Shown here piece by piece: positions 1-14,284 of a stretch of 64,000 nt of DNA; positions within the stretch are counted from its first letter, which is position 1; the number at the start of each line of letters is the position of its first letter. The DNA is taken from positions 152,879,918 to 152,943,917 of the forward strand of contig NC_068983.1 in assembly GCF_001194135.2 (NCBI RefSeq). Reading direction: 5' to 3'. Below the pieces are notes generated by a model. That model was not told the origin of the DNA. It did no database searches and worked only from the letters and a program-made list of their open reading frames with translations. This DNA is from Octopus bimaculoides. Lineage: Eukaryota. The position numbers and the translations under genes were made by a program.

Positions 1-529
1 TCACAAATATAATATGGAAAACATAACAAAATTATAGGAAAATGTGATGATCATGATGATGACGATGATGATGATTGTCATCATCATCATCATCATCGGT
101 ATGCTCTTGGTTATTCCATATATATTGAAAATCACGAAATTTTACGTCTCACCTATGCGTTTAATTGAGAGGATCGCCATCTGCCCACTCGAAGTTGCGA
201 AAGCTATGTGCTTAATTCGATATGTAAACCATTTTATTCATTTATTTTACTGTTGTTCTTATGCAAATAATCGATATTACAATTTAATTTAACGCAATAG
301 TGTTGCTATTAATTCATGGATTTATTACGTATCTATTAATAATTTTAAGTTTTAAATAATATTCTTAAAAAAACAAGTCATCTACATACCCAAAAAGTGA
401 AAGACCTCCAAAGTAATTCTGGAGAAATAAAAAATCTTTCTTCTAATTCTAGTGAAAATATTACCTTATAAACACATGTCATGCATATGTACATAAATAC
501 ATGCATACATGTCATTCATGTTAAAGAAG

Positions 530-925
530 CCTGTAATATACCTCACTGGTTCACAAGGAAACAGAAATACCAAAATTACACACTGTTTCTTTGTGGATGA
601 CTTAAATCTTTATGCAAAGGATGTGCATGAGATGAAAAAAAGCCTTGACCTAGTTACAATATTCTCAAAAGATGTAGGATTGGAGTTTGGTCAGGATAAA
701 TATTGTTATATGGTTGTGAAAAGAGGGAAAACTATAAACCAGACTAGTAACATCTCCATCAATGATTTAACTGTTTACCCTATAGCTAACGAAGAAATAG
801 GTAGCTAGGGGTGGATGAAAACATATCTTACAATGGCACCTGTAACAAAACACGTGTCACTAAAGAATATTACTGCCGAATAGAGACTTTGGAACTCAGA
901 ACTCTCTGCATTCTATAAAAATGTG
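530..925 (+). mobile_element. R4/Dong-like (RLE-type) non-LTR retrotransposon, reverse transcriptase fragment, decayed
   Basis: Translation gives ITHCFFVDDLNLYAK...TIFSKDVGLEFGQDK...VVKRGK. After a frameshift it gives xLGVDENISYNGTCNKTRVTKEYYCRI. This matches the R4-clade RT pattern HLxFMDDLKLYAK...FSxDIGMxFGxDKC...YKYLG. The fragment ends at a (GT)n tract and gap. Confidence 0.75.
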
Positions 926-1492
926 TTTGCAGTGCAATATTTCAGTTTGTTCTCTTGGATTTCGGAAAAAGGACGGTTTGGGAGTGTTTATTTGAAATTT
1001 TTGCATTTTCAATCTATATGTGTATGTGTGTGTGTGTGTGTGTGTNNNNNNNNNNNNNNNNNNNNNNNNNNNNNNNNNNNNNNNNNNNNNNNNNNNNNNN
1101 NNNNNNNNNNNNNNNNNNNNNNNNNNNNNNNNNNNNNNNNNNNNNNNNNNNNNNNNNNNNNNNNNNNNNNNNNNNNNNNNNNNNNNNNNNNNNNNNNNNN
1201 NNNNNNNNNNNNNNNNNNNNNNNNNNNNNNNNNNNNNNNNNNNNNNNNNNNNNNNNNNNNNNNNNNNNNNNNNNNNNNNNNNNNNNNNNNNNNNNNNNNN
1301 NNNNNNNNNNNNNNNNNNNNNNNNNNNNNNNNNNNNNNNNNNNNNNNNNNNNNNNNNNNNNNNNNNNNNNNNNNNNNNNNNNNNNNNNNNNNNNNNNNNN
1401 NNNNNNNNNNNNNNNNNNNNNNNNNNNNNNNNNNNNNNNNNNNNNNNNNNNNNNNNNNNNNNNNNNNNNNNNNNNNNNNNNNNNNNNNNNNN

Positions 1493-1523
<31 letters not shown>

Positions 1524-2971
1524 GGAATTTTCTTTAAAAACTACATATCCAGACGAACCAGTCGAAATAATCCCTGAATATTATTCCTGCGTTTTTCATA
1601 CATATTACTAAAATTACTGAAAAACATTATCCCTTAAATAATCAACATGCAACGTACCCTTATGCATACACACACATATACACATTTAAAAGCCTTCCAA
1701 AACAATTTGATGAATTCTATAGGTAGCTAACTAGAATTGGCGTCAGTTATTCAGTGACTAAAATAAACAAAAATTAATTGTAGTTGATAACACGTTTGAC
1801 CTGGCTGTTACTTGTAACTGGCCAATCGACAATGCAGAGGTTCCTTAAATTTTATACGAAATTTCTCAGTTCAAATCAGGGTCTATTAAAATGCGACCGT
1901 TCTATTTGTCAACCGATCTGGACTCATATTCTGTTAATACTGATTGCACATAATGGTTTTGGCTGACCGTTCAATTCATGGCAAACTCATCACAGACATG
2001 TCATTTGTATCATTTGGATATTTCGAAATTATGAACATTTATTATGAGATACGTGACTGTAACACTGTTGTGACCTATTGGTTAATTAAATCCGTACTGT
2101 TATCCATTGCCCAGTCAATTTCATTTGGATTAGCACCAACATCGTCTGTTTATTTGCTTTTCTTTAAAAGCCTTACAATAAATCGAGCGATAATAAGATA
2201 GTAATGCAGCTTTTATGCCAGACTTCATGATAATTACAATAGCTTTTATGAGAATGTGATCTATAAGGTACATGACACATCTAGAGACATGTAAAGGGTA
2301 TGGCATGAACTGCATATCATTATTGTATACGAGACTATTTAACGTGTGAATGATTCGTATAAGGACAAGGTGTAATTAAGATAAGGAATAAACTGTGAGT
2401 TTCGATTGAAGAGAGGAATTGACCCCTAAATGAATGTGTTTCAGTTATGGTTGACTCCTCATGAGAAGTACTTCAAAACAAAGAGTAATTGGATGTTTAA
2501 GGATGCTTAAGAGACGAGGAGAAAGAGAAAGAGAAAGAGTGAAAGTGCAATTTCCTTCCTTCAATGATAATACAGTGTTTCCATAAATGATGTAACTTAG
2601 GATATACTACATTCAAAATAAAATTAACAACATACACTAATCGTCATATTACTTGTCAAAAGATTAGGATTATCTTTTTAACAACTAAGATCGACCACTG
2701 CCGACTCAGGTTACTAATTGTTTTCAAATATAAATCTTACGTCAGATTCTGCTACTATTGACAATTAACTAATATGATATAATTTTCATAGGAATCGTAG
2801 AGAACATCTTAAGCTGAGAGATAAGCGCTTGATGGATCAATTAGACAATTTATAGTGCATCAATTGCCCGTTGTGTATTTACCCGTTCGATCGCTAGACT
2901 ATTCCATGTAAGAACAACTCTATACATTGTCTCCGTCTTGCTAGATACAGCAAATTAAACTCTGAGGTCTC

Positions 2972-3010
<39 letters not shown>

Positions 3011-3559
3011 NNNNNNNNNNNNNNNNNNNNNNNNNNNNNNNNNNNNNNNNNNNNNNNNNNNNNNNNNNNNNNNNNNNNNNNNNNNNNNNNNNNNNNNNNN
3101 NNNNNNNNNNNNNNNNNNNNNNNNNNNNNNNNNNNNNNNNNNNNNNNNNNNNNNNNNNNNNNNNNNNNNNNNNNNNNNNNNNNNNNNNNNNNNNNNNNNN
3201 NNNNNNNNNNNNNNNNNNNNTATATATATATATATATATATATTCTGTTATTAGGTTATGGAGTCATAAGTTAACTCACATGGTGGTACCAAACGTGGAA
3301 CATGTTGGATCATGAATCAGATTAAATATAGCTTAGCTGGAGCAATTTAAAAATGGCTGAAGTATAGACGTATAAACTACTGCTCTTGCAAAAATCTGAC
3401 ACTCAGGGAACTTGCAGATTAGAATCGGAATACATTACTAAAGTAATTTGGCTAAAGGAATTCACTCACTAATCCATACTTAACCTAGAAATTCAGAGAA
3501 TCTAGTTACAAACATAAAATCCTCACATAATTGAGTAATGTCAAATTCTGGGGAAAATA

Positions 3560-3965
3560 GCACCGGTGCTTTAAATATGAAAGTGTTCCACCTGCATCTA
3601 TTCAAGGAAAAATGGAAGTGAACTTTAGTAAATATAAATCATTCTACATCCATCCATTGTCAGAGACCGAAGCTGTTGTACGATGAAAGATGCCTTGGCT
3701 CTTGGGCATATTACACACCTACGGAGATACAGATTAAAACAAAGGAGCAATAAGAAATATGACAGCAGAGAGGCATCCGAACGACATAACCAGAGGTGGT
3801 CCGATCCCTTACACTGTAATGAGTTGAGAGCCGAAATGCTTCCATCAAGGCATATCTTCTTTAAAGACCTACGGCAGTTCAGTTCTCGTTACAGTTTCTT
3901 ACTACACGTACATGCAGTAATACATCCAAGAATGCTTTAACTACATCTAGAAATTCATTAGGAAA
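3560..3965 (-). mobile_element. Highly decayed non-LTR RT remnant, possibly HERO/R2-group
   Basis: The minus frame, read through stops, gives FLDVVKAF...FRLST...CCHISYCSFVL...QWMDV...RW. The spacing matches RT motifs LDxxxA(F/Y), GCTISxxLFxL and MDD. Similarity is weak and was judged by eye. Confidence 0.4.
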
Positions 3966-4402
3966 ATCTTTCCGAAAAAATAAGAAATGGGCTTTTATGA
4001 ATTTTATTTCATTTATTAATGAGAGTAATGTAATTGAAATTTCATTAAAGACTCATTTTTATTTCCCCCATATAATCAAAGCATTCACTGAAAGAAAAAT
4101 TATTTAAATAACATGAATAAGAAAAAGTAGGAAACATATTGCTTCAACGCAATATCGAGTAAATGAATATTCTGTTAGATGATCAGCTGTGCATGATTCA
4201 TTCAAATTTAAGTTGATTAAGAATTATCTAACAAATCATCTCATCATTTTTCCAACACACGCGCACACGAAAACACTTATAGAGAGAACAATTCTGGGTA
4301 AAAATGAATATATATATATATCTATACATCTAACGAAATTGCGGATGAAATCAAGAGACTAGCAATTAATATATTTTACGTAATACTGCTATAACATTTA
4401 TA

Positions 4403-4434
<32 letters not shown>

Positions 4435-5680
4435 CACAATGAATTCACTCTGTATATATATNNNNNNNNNNNNNNNNNNNNNNNNNNNNNNNNNNNNNNN
4501 NNNNNNNNNNNNNNNNNNNNNNNNNNNNNNNNNNNNNNNNNNNNNNNNNNNNNNNNNNNNNNNNNNNNNNNNNNNNNNNNNNNNNNNNNNNNNNNNNNNN
4601 NNNNNNNNNNNNNNNNNNNNNNNNNNNNNNNNNNNNNNNNNNNNNNNNNNNNNNNNNNNNNNNNNNNNNNNNNNNNNNNNNNNNNNNNNNNNNNNNNNNN
4701 NNNNNNNNNNNNNNNNNNNNNNNNNNNNNNNNNNNNNNNNNNNNNNNNNNNNNNNNNNNNNNNNNNNNNNNNNNNNNNNNNNNNNNNNNNNNNNNNNNNN
4801 NNNNNNNNNNNNNNNNNNNNNNNNNNNNNNNNNNNNNNNNNNNNNNNNNNNNNNNNNNNNNNNNNNNNNNNNNNNNNNNNNNNNNNNNNNNNNNNNNNNN
4901 NNNNNNNNNNNNNNNNNNNNNNNNNNNNNNNNNNNNNNNNNNNNNNNNNNNNNNNNNNNNNNNNNNNNNNNNNNNNNNNNNNNNNNNNNNNNNNNNNNNN
5001 NNNNNNNNNNNNNNNNNNNNNNNNNNNNNNNNNNNNNNNNNNNNNNNNNNNNNNNNNNNNNNNNNNNNNNNNNNNNNNNNNNNNNNNNNNNNNNNNNNNN
5101 NNNNNNNNNNNNNNNNNNNNNNNNNNNNNNNNNNNNNNNNNNNNNNNNNNNNNNNNNNNNNNNNNNNNNNNNNNNNNNNNNNNNNNNNNNNNNNNNNNNN
5201 NNNNNNNNNNNNNNNNNNNNNNNNNNNNNNNNNNNNNNNNNATGGAGACGACGGGATGGAGACGACGGGACTTCGATTTCGTTGTGATGATTTGACATCA
5301 CTGATAACATTTGAAGATTTGATTGAATTTTTAAATGTGCCATTGTGAACAAGATACAAGCCTGATAAGTAATTACTTTATTAAAAAAAAAACAAAAAAA
5401 CAGTAAAATGGAACTACCTATGTTGGTGGGTAGGAAAGCCATTCAATTCTCATTTCATTTATATTCATATTTCATTCGTTATACATTTTTACCTACCCCA
5501 CGTATTGTTTTGTCTCTCCTTGAGGTGTCCCCTCTCTATAAAGTCCATGTGCCAAAATAAAAGAAATGAGAGTGTTTTTGGTAGTCTCGCGAAGTACGCG
5601 GTGCGAACACATTGATCACACCTCCACTGCGTAATTTATCTATGCCACCTGCGGCAGGATATCGAGTACGTATACTACAA

Positions 5681-5714
<34 letters not shown>

Positions 5715-5904
5715 ATGTGTGTGTGTGTGTGCGTGTATGTGTGTGTGTGTGTGTGTACACACATACACGTAAGTATGTATAATAGGCATTACAGATGAAT
5801 TTAAATTTAACCGTTAGATGACACATTTATACATCATCAAACGGGATTATTCACCAGACTATTATAATTTTTCTTTTGTGTTTTTCTATATTAATATTCT
5901 TTTA

Positions 5905-6321
5905 TATTTTATCTGTTATTGAATTGTGACCCTGCTGTGACACCGTTTTCAATGGTTTTAGTGGGGTACGTCGCACCAATTATTTATCTTTTAAGTCTTG
6001 TATAATATTTTCTTCCTTATTCCGGATCACTAATTTCGGGGGAGCAACCAACACTGATTGTCCAGTTGTGTTAGGAGACAAAGATACTCACACACACACA
6101 CACACACACATACACACACACACACACACTTATACCATACACTCATATATCTATACATACGACGCGCTTTCCCTCAGTTTCAAGATACCAAATTCACTCA
6201 CAAAGTACCGTCGGGCTACCATTATAACGGAAGATATTTGCTGAAGTTGCCACACGGTGCGACTTAATCCGAAACCATGCGGTTGCAAAGACAGCTACTC
6301 AACTACTGTCATGCCAGCGTC
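5905..6321 (-). mobile_element. tRNA-derived SINE, family A (head, internal (GT)n, 3' domain)
   Basis: The head at 6159-6321 is similar to the heads at 18581-18743 and 22338-22490. There is an internal (CA)n tract on the + strand, and the 3' half at 5905-6090 is similar to 24005-24185. Confidence 0.7.
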
Positions 6322-7459
6322 TATATTGTGGAAATTCTTATGTAATTTTGGTTTAGTTCAGTGTATCTTTGCTTGTAATTGTATGCAAAAATCGAGTAAT
6401 TCTGTAACCATCAGTGTCATGAAGACTATATTGTTCATTCTTGTAGACAAAATAGTAAATTACATTAGTCTGGATTATAAATGATTTGGGTGAATACAAG
6501 TGTTGGGTTTGCTAGTGACAAAAATACTTTTTAAAAGTTTATTGTTCTTAGTATATCATTTTTGTTAGACTGAGCTAAGTGTGAATATATTTCATACGTA
6601 GTTTGCATTTAGTTATGTTAAATTATTTGTAGTGCAAGTAAGATATATCTACTAAGTGTAGTGTTTAATACTTTTTGCGTTACATTTGTATGCATTGTCC
6701 TATGTATCGTCTAAATTTGCGATCTTGTTCTTCGCTTGTAATGATGAAATAGTCATTTAGCAATTCATATTTTATACCAGCATGAACATTCACTGTCTTC
6801 AAGTAATTGCTTTTTATTTCGTTTAGGCACAACTAATTTTGATATGTATATGTATAATGAAGCTTAGCAATGGAACCATTGTAGTGACAGGGAAAAAACT
6901 GGTAAGAAAAAAGAATGAAATGAAGTTTGATAATAACACGAAGAGAGATTTGTGCTTGCAGTACATTTTGAAAGGCACTTTTTCTCATACATGTGAAAGC
7001 AAATACATATATGTTTGTTTGACAAATCGACTTTTACAAGTTTCGCGCGAGTGAGTAAAACATATCTGATTGTTCAGATGTTTAGTTTCCAGCGATTTTC
7101 GATTTCCGAAAGTAACGTTGGTTGTCGTTGAATGACAAGCAGGTTTTGTTTCTTATATTTCAACTAAACTCCTTGAAGATTCTACTAAAATTCTTCCTTT
7201 ACCTATACTTACTGTAGTCTTACTAGAAAATGATACGCCACTCTCTATAAAACTATCTACAACAACGTAAAGTGATATACGCTTCTAAGGGATACTTTCG
7301 TCTCTGATATCGATTATAGTGTACTTTAGGATTGATACTTCGCTTTCGGCAGAAACGGTTTTGTTTCTAATTTAAATACAAAGTTATCAGGAATGAAAAA
7401 CATTGCCAACTTCTCTGCAGTACTATAACTAGCCCTAAAGTAACTTGATGTTGTCTGGA

Positions 7460-7760
7460 AGTCAACTCAGCCCTGTCAGACAAGCTTAACGGCAATGTTT
7501 TCTGTGCAAGAGTCGTGTCAGTCATTTTCTATGGAGCCCAGCATGAACGCTTACTGCAAAACTGGAAACTAAGATAGATGAAACTAACACTCTCAGTGTT
7601 AAACAAGACTCATCCCTCCAAGGGACAACTGTATGGAGATTTACTGCTGTTTCCACCAATATAAGGGAAAGACGCTTGCGTTTCACAAGATATTGTTGGT
7701 GCACTAAACATGACCTGGCAAATGAATTACTACTATGGATGCCAAAAATACCTGATCATA
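7460..7760 (+). mobile_element. RTEX-like LINE, C-terminal ORF fragment
   Basis: Frameshifted translation gives RVVSVIFYG...HPSKGQLYGDL...STNIRERRLRFTRYCW...DLANELLLWMPK. This resembles the RTEX C-terminus (ESVLLYG...LYGNLP...IRERRLRFAGHCxR...ASDLILWEP). Confidence 0.65.
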
Positions 7761-7947
7761 GAGTTTATTGTAATATTAAGTAAATACATATATTTATAAG
7801 AGATTCAGTCCGAACACATATGTAAGTGCACAATATCCCAGCAGAAACAACTGTAAGATACTGAAGTCCATTGCATAATCTTCTAATCTTTCGTCATTTA
7901 TTTAACTCCATATATGCATACATATATATACATACATAAATACATAC

Positions 7948-8010
<63 letters not shown>

Positions 8011-8358
8011 TGTCTGTGTGTGTACGGTTGTTCATATATTCGTAATACAATTTTCACATACACCCTCACACACACACTCACACATGCATATATGATATAT
8101 AACGTTTTAAACAATCAATTTTATACATTTGATCATAGAAGATATTCGTATCTTCAAGAATATAATAGACACAGCAAATATTTAACTCACATCACTTGTC
8201 AAACCGTTTATAACTTGTATGCATAAATACACGCAATTCTTATAAGACTGAGAATCCTGAATATGTTAATATTCTTCTACACATGCACACACACAAAATA
8301 CCGGCAAACAGCCACACATGCGTATAGGTGTACGTGTGTGTGTCTGTGTGTATGTGTG

Positions 8359-8443
<85 letters not shown>

Positions 8444-11017
8444 CGTTGCATGCTTTCTTGATTACATCCAGTAGCACTTGCGTTGCTGCTAAGCAACATT
8501 AATTTTCATTCACTCTACAATGGACGACTTTCTCATATCCGATAGAATGACAACAACTTGGTGATGTAATATAAATTGTAATTATATTGCTAGCGTAGTA
8601 TATATTTGTAAATTTGATTATACTTCATGATTCTATTACCTTCTACTTTGTTCTGAATGTAGCAAATTGTGGTATATGTATAATTTGCCTATTTAAAGTT
8701 GTCAGAATATTCTTTTGAAATTTTAATATACGTTTTCAAATAAATATCAAATATATTATCTCGTGCGAATATTGTTAATTGTAAAATTTCAATCAGATTT
8801 TTTTGTAAACATTTTGTTATACATTCGATGTAATGAAGTCTATTGCAGTTCTCTGAGAAGTTTCAGAAATTGTGTGATAACTGAGAAGAAATGGCAGTTT
8901 GAGAAGACACTATTGAAGGCTAATGATAGGTCGGGTGTTCAAATCGTGTTGTATCATAAATTTAAATTCTAGACATTTTATTTCACCATATTTAATTTGC
9001 TGTGGGACATGTGAACTAACCACAGTTAGTTTATTGTTGTCTCTGGAAAGAAATTATTTTGTTTTTCTTTTAAGGATCTTGCACCAGCAGAGTCAGTATA
9101 CAACGAACATTACTGACGTACTTTCCTGGTAGTCAAAATATAAGCTTCCATCTAATTTACGCTCTTTATGATACATTTACTTCAAAGTATTAATTAAGGA
9201 ATAAATTCGCCGCAGGAGAAATGACGCATTCGTAAAATATAATTAACGAATGAGCCGTTATTTATAAATAAAAAAAATAACGTTTAGTTATATGCAATCA
9301 AAACAAATATAACAAACAGTCTAGAACCTCCAAATTTGAGTTGTTTGTCTAAAAATTGCAATCAGTGTTTTCACTTTAACTATTAAATTTGAGCTTACTT
9401 TCTTCTAGTATATGCTACAAGGTTAACTATTCTCATTATAATATTCATATAGCGACGTAGTTGTCGAACACAAGTTGGACGTGTTGTAGTAAAACACGTC
9501 ACCGTTACGGAGGATGACTGCGGCAACGTCGCCTACAACTCATGAGCTTCAGCTTATTGACTTAATGACAAACTTTGAACTTTACACCATCGAATTTAAA
9601 AAAAAAATAAACAACACAGAGGAATTTATTCAGCGCACCTATTATAGAGATATGATGTTGAAAATTAGTGAAGCGTACAAATTATATGATATAATGATAG
9701 CCACTTATCCAAATAAATGACATATGGCGAAATTCACTGTAATTTCACACCATTCATCTGTTCACTGATATACGTTTGTTTAATCTTATTTTCCACTCTG
9801 CTTACGTAAGCAAAAACTGTTCAAGTATACAAAACTACGTATATTGTCTAAGGCTATGGATTTATAGACGAATTATGTAAATCATCTCAAAATGCAGACA
9901 TAAATAAATCAATCTATTTGACATAATCTTATCATTGTATATTATCTGAAGCCGTGCATATGAATCATTAGTCTGTTAATACTTGTTTTCTTTAGTTTGT
10001 AGGTTAGACATTCTGCCAAGATACTTTTTCTTACAGTCTTCTAGCAACAGGTGTTGAACACCTGAAATTAGAGTTGTTTACTACTCAACCATTTCTCACA
10101 TAAACTAAAGGAAGGCATGCGCATCACAGCATTTGATTAACACACAATGATACAGACGATTGCTTTCGCATTCAAATGAAACAATGATAACGATATATTA
10201 CATCGTAATTCTTATATCTAATGGAATATATATATATATATATATATATACGTAGACGTGCATACACACATATAGACAAACCGCACAGACACCTCACAGA
10301 CACAGACACACATGTACCTATATATGCATACACATGTATGTAATGAAAATACTATTTTCTAAATAACATATTTTTTAAGTTCCCATTTCATATCTGCGAA
10401 TCGCACGTTTATTGTTCGTTTCAAGCCGAAGAATTCTCAAATTTCAGAGTTTATTCGTTGCTCCTGAAACACAGATACATAAATAAAATGAGATCCAGAA
10501 TAAAAATCTTTTAGTGTTTACCACTATCAGTAAAAGTACGAATCTGATGACATAGAATTCTAACCCTCCAGCGGTGAAGTTATGAATAACAATCTACACG
10601 AACAAAATTCTGACTGTAAATTCCCTTTAATAAGAGCAGTCTATGATAGGCAAATACCCTATCATATCCTGAGGATCAAGCAACAAAAGCAATTTCGAAT
10701 GGTTGGAATGCTTTTGGAAAATTAGTCGAGCTATTCTATAGTATCAATGTCAGGATCGAACCATGTGTGGAGATAAGAAACAGTTATGGCACAACTTATT
10801 AAGTAGGGATAGATTCGTCAGTTTTCTGCTTCATAGTTTGATAAACGGTAACAAACACTACAATGTAATCTCTTGGCACTCGTGAAAGATGGCTAATATT
10901 TCAAAGTCAGTTGAATTGTTTTCTGGCATTATAAATTTCCATAAAAATTTTAGATTAAACTGAAGGATTACTCAATAAATATTCATAGTATAAATATTCA
11001 TTATTCTTCTTTAACAA

Positions 11018-11465
11018 TACCAGGCACTGGCTCTCATCACTTCTGATCTTAATTGATTGGAAGTGCTATGATGTACATGTTTTTTCTTGGTATAAAAGAT
11101 GGGCTACAGCAAATATTTTGCTCAATATCAGAGATTTGCTTGTCTGTTGTTTGACCTTAACCATTCAAGCATGTCTCTTAGTGGCTGGCGATATGTGCAT
11201 CTCAGATTCTTTGGGGGTATCAAACATTCACCAATGGAAAGATTCGTTCGGCACCCTTAAACACCGCTTATTCAGAGACTTGGGAGGGATGGCCTATTCC
11301 ATCTGAACAAAATTCTATCTGCACCCCACGTAGAAGTTGATGCACTGCTTATCTTGATATGAGATCACCATGTTGCACACATATGGTTGTGATGCAACTG
11401 CCTAGTGTACCCTTCTTGGACGGGTAGTCAGGATGGGTATACTGGCTTTCATATATTTTACCCTA
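11018..11465 (-). repeat. Interspersed repeat (probable retroelement 3' region), copy 1
   Basis: Colinear with 39353-39743 (TACCAGGCAxTGGCTCTCAT...CTTCTGATCTTAA...GGTATAAAAxATGGGCTACAG...GATATGTGCATCTC). Orientation is inferred from my recollection of the family. Confidence 0.7.
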
Positions 11466-11532
11466 ATCACTTTCATAACATGCACTGCTCTCTCACTCAA
11501 TAATGATAACGACACACACACACACAAATACA

Positions 11533-11603
<71 letters not shown>

Positions 11604-12318
11604 NNNNNNNNNNNNNNNNNNNNNNNNNNNNNNNNNNNNNNNNNNNNNNNNNNNNNNNNNNNNNNNNNNNNNNNNNNNNNNNNNNNNNNNNNNNNNNNNN
11701 NNNNNNNNNNNNNNNNNNNNNNNNNNNNNNNNNNNNNNNNNNNNNNNNNNNNNNNNNNNNNNNNNNNNNNNNNNNNNNNNNNNNNNNNNNNNNNNNNNNN
11801 NNNNNNNNNNNNNNNNNNNNNNNNNNNNNNNNNNNNNNNNNNNNNNNNNNNNNNNNNNNNNNNNNNNNNNNNNNNNNNNNNNNNNNNNNNNNNNNNNNNN
11901 NNNNNNNNNNNNNNNNNNNNNNNNNNNNNNNNNNNNNNNNNNNNNNNNNNNNNATATAGCATTGCCACATTGTATTGTCAAATAGACTTTACTGTACGTT
12001 ACTGTTACTACATATTTCTCGTCCAGTGATTTAAAACTAGTTGCTTTTATCTTTACGACATCAGCGACATTTTATTGCTTTAAAAGTATATACTGTGCGC
12101 AAGGTCGAGTGGTTGCCATCTCTAGCCGGTGATTGTCTTGTACTGAGGTAGAACAATAACACACAAACCATTGGTCTACAGATATCGCTAAGGGTAGAAA
12201 GAGGGCAGTAAACTCCCTTGTCCACGGTAGCTAGCTGGAAAAGATGTCTTCTTGGAGATAAAAAGTAATAACATCGTCCTTCGTAGGACTGCCATATTAT
12301 GTTGGCATTTACCACACA

Positions 12319-12357
<39 letters not shown>

Positions 12358-13201
12358 TCATACATATATGTATGTGTGTGTGTATTGTCTGTACGTATAC
12401 AATATACATAAACACATACGAAATCAATTGTGTTAATTAGAACAGTAAAACAGAAGTTCAAACAAATTAGACTTGCGTCTTATGATACCGAACACTCCAT
12501 AACATCAAGTCTCCAGTGATTATTTAGCATGAGATAATAGAAATAAAATAAAAGTAATTTTGCATCTTGAAACGTGCGTGCCTATGTTAAAAATTTAGGT
12601 TAAAGACATGTGCATTCGACCGCAGAGTGTCTAGCAAATTATTTAATGGAACTGCTGTCATCCTCATGGGAGCTGTCTTTGTATTGTCATGCAATCTTTT
12701 AAAATTCGCTAGGATAGTGGACGCCAAAGAAATATGCTAACAACTAGCTGGAACTACAATTACATTTCCGATCCCAGCTGAAACCATTTCGCTTCATATA
12801 CGTTGATAATGATCTTGGCAACTAGGGAAATGAATAATCAACTAAGTTCCTGTTTTTCCTGCCTTTAATTCGGAGAATACGCATTGCATCACCAGATAAC
12901 AGTTTTTGATTTCTGATTGTAAAAATTTAGAATTCTGGAATGTAGAATTTTGTTACATGAAGCAGAGACGTGGTACGATTTCAATTCCAGCATCAAACCA
13001 CTCTCCTACGTTTTGTTTTTATGCTTTGAAAAACACACAGATATCACAAATTTTCACTTCGTTACTCAGTATCAAAGTAAGTGGTTAACCTAGATTACAA
13101 TACGTTGATATAATTTCATTATTTCAGGGTACTTACGTCAAATACTTTTGCACTATCCCGTTTCTCCCCTTCTAAGAATTGTTGAAGTATTCTTTGCTAT
13201 A

Positions 13202-13249
<48 letters not shown>

Positions 13250-13587
13250 GTCTGTCTGTATGTCTGTATGTGTGTATGTCTGTCTGTCTGTCTGATTGGC
13301 TGTTGTTCGCGTGGTCTCGCGTAAGTTCTTATATTTTGTCGTGTTTTTTTTTTATGTATACGTGTATATATTTTGTCAGAAAGGTTCCTAATAACATCTG
13401 CATGGCCTCGAGCGAGGCTCGCTCGAAAGGTTTCCCTTTAAGGGCCAATTTTCATATTGCACAATCTTATCTCATGGACATTTCAACTAAGAGTTGCAGC
13501 ATTCCTCTGCTCCACTTTCATATGAAAATCCCTCCATTACCGTCACCAAACATCGAACACATCGAGCAAAAAAAAACGCATTGATAC

Positions 13588-13669
<82 letters not shown>

Positions 13670-13960
13670 ACGCACGTACGCACGCACACATTTGAACATC
13701 AATACGCATACTGACGCAAGCTTTCCTTCCGAACAAGTGGGAAGGGAAGGCAGACAGATGAACGGTGCAATCATCTCTGTTACCTCTCCTGTTACAACCA
13801 CTGTTACAAAACCCACTTCCACCAGCAATAATACAATTGACAAACCGAATAAATTTTGCAGTTATTTTAAAACAAAGTCGTACCTACTGAAATACAAATA
13901 AGATGGCTAGTGTCAGGTATCTGTTACGATTTCGAAAAAAATTTTAACATATTAGAAATT

Positions 13961-14105
13961 CAGTTCTGTATTTTAGGATTTAGGAATTATGTATATTATT
14001 TACATTTGACGGATATGGTGTAGTGGCTAAGAGCGCGAGCTACTAACCCCAAGTTTCTAAGTTCGATTCCAGGCAGTGACCTAAATAATAATAATAATAA
14101 TAATC

Positions 14106-14139
<34 letters not shown>

Positions 14140-14284
14140 CAACATTGAAAAATACCTCAGGAATGAGAACCCAGGTTCGAAATTTCCCCAAGACACCCGA
14201 TGAGGGTTGGAGTGTATATCAGCCGAAACGTTGTGTTAACAACAAGCAACATGAGGGCAAATATCCGTCAACTGTAAATAATGT
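13961..14284. mobile_element. tRNA-headed hammerhead-bearing element, copy 1: short inverted tail arm (13961-14016, -) fused to a full arm (14013-14284, +)
   Basis: Perfect 12-bp TSD ATATTAGAAATT at 13949-13960 and 14285-14296. A-box-like TGGTGTAGTGG and B-box GTTCGATTCC are present, followed by an (AAT)n spacer. The body is homologous to both arms at 18749-19455. Confidence 0.85.
14192..14237 (+). ncRNA. Minimal type I hammerhead ribozyme motif (Penelope-type), probably inactivated
   Basis: GACAC-CCGAUGA-G-GGUUG-(GAGUGUAUAU)-CAGCC-GAA-ACGU-U-GUGUU. Stem I has 5 bp, stem II has 5 bp, and stem III is the palindrome ACGU. The core carries a U4>C change. Confidence 0.6.

Noticed and set aside
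2130-2315. ORF ending resembling GPCR TM7/helix 8 (YCKAFKEK...RRCWC)
   Set aside because: There is no NPxxY motif and no upstream TM segments, so the similarity is too weak.
5242-5270. 14-bp tandem repeat ATGGAGACGACGGG as a CRISPR-like or functional array
   Set aside because: Only two units are visible at a gap edge and there are no spacers. It is probably the end of a minisatellite hidden in the gap.
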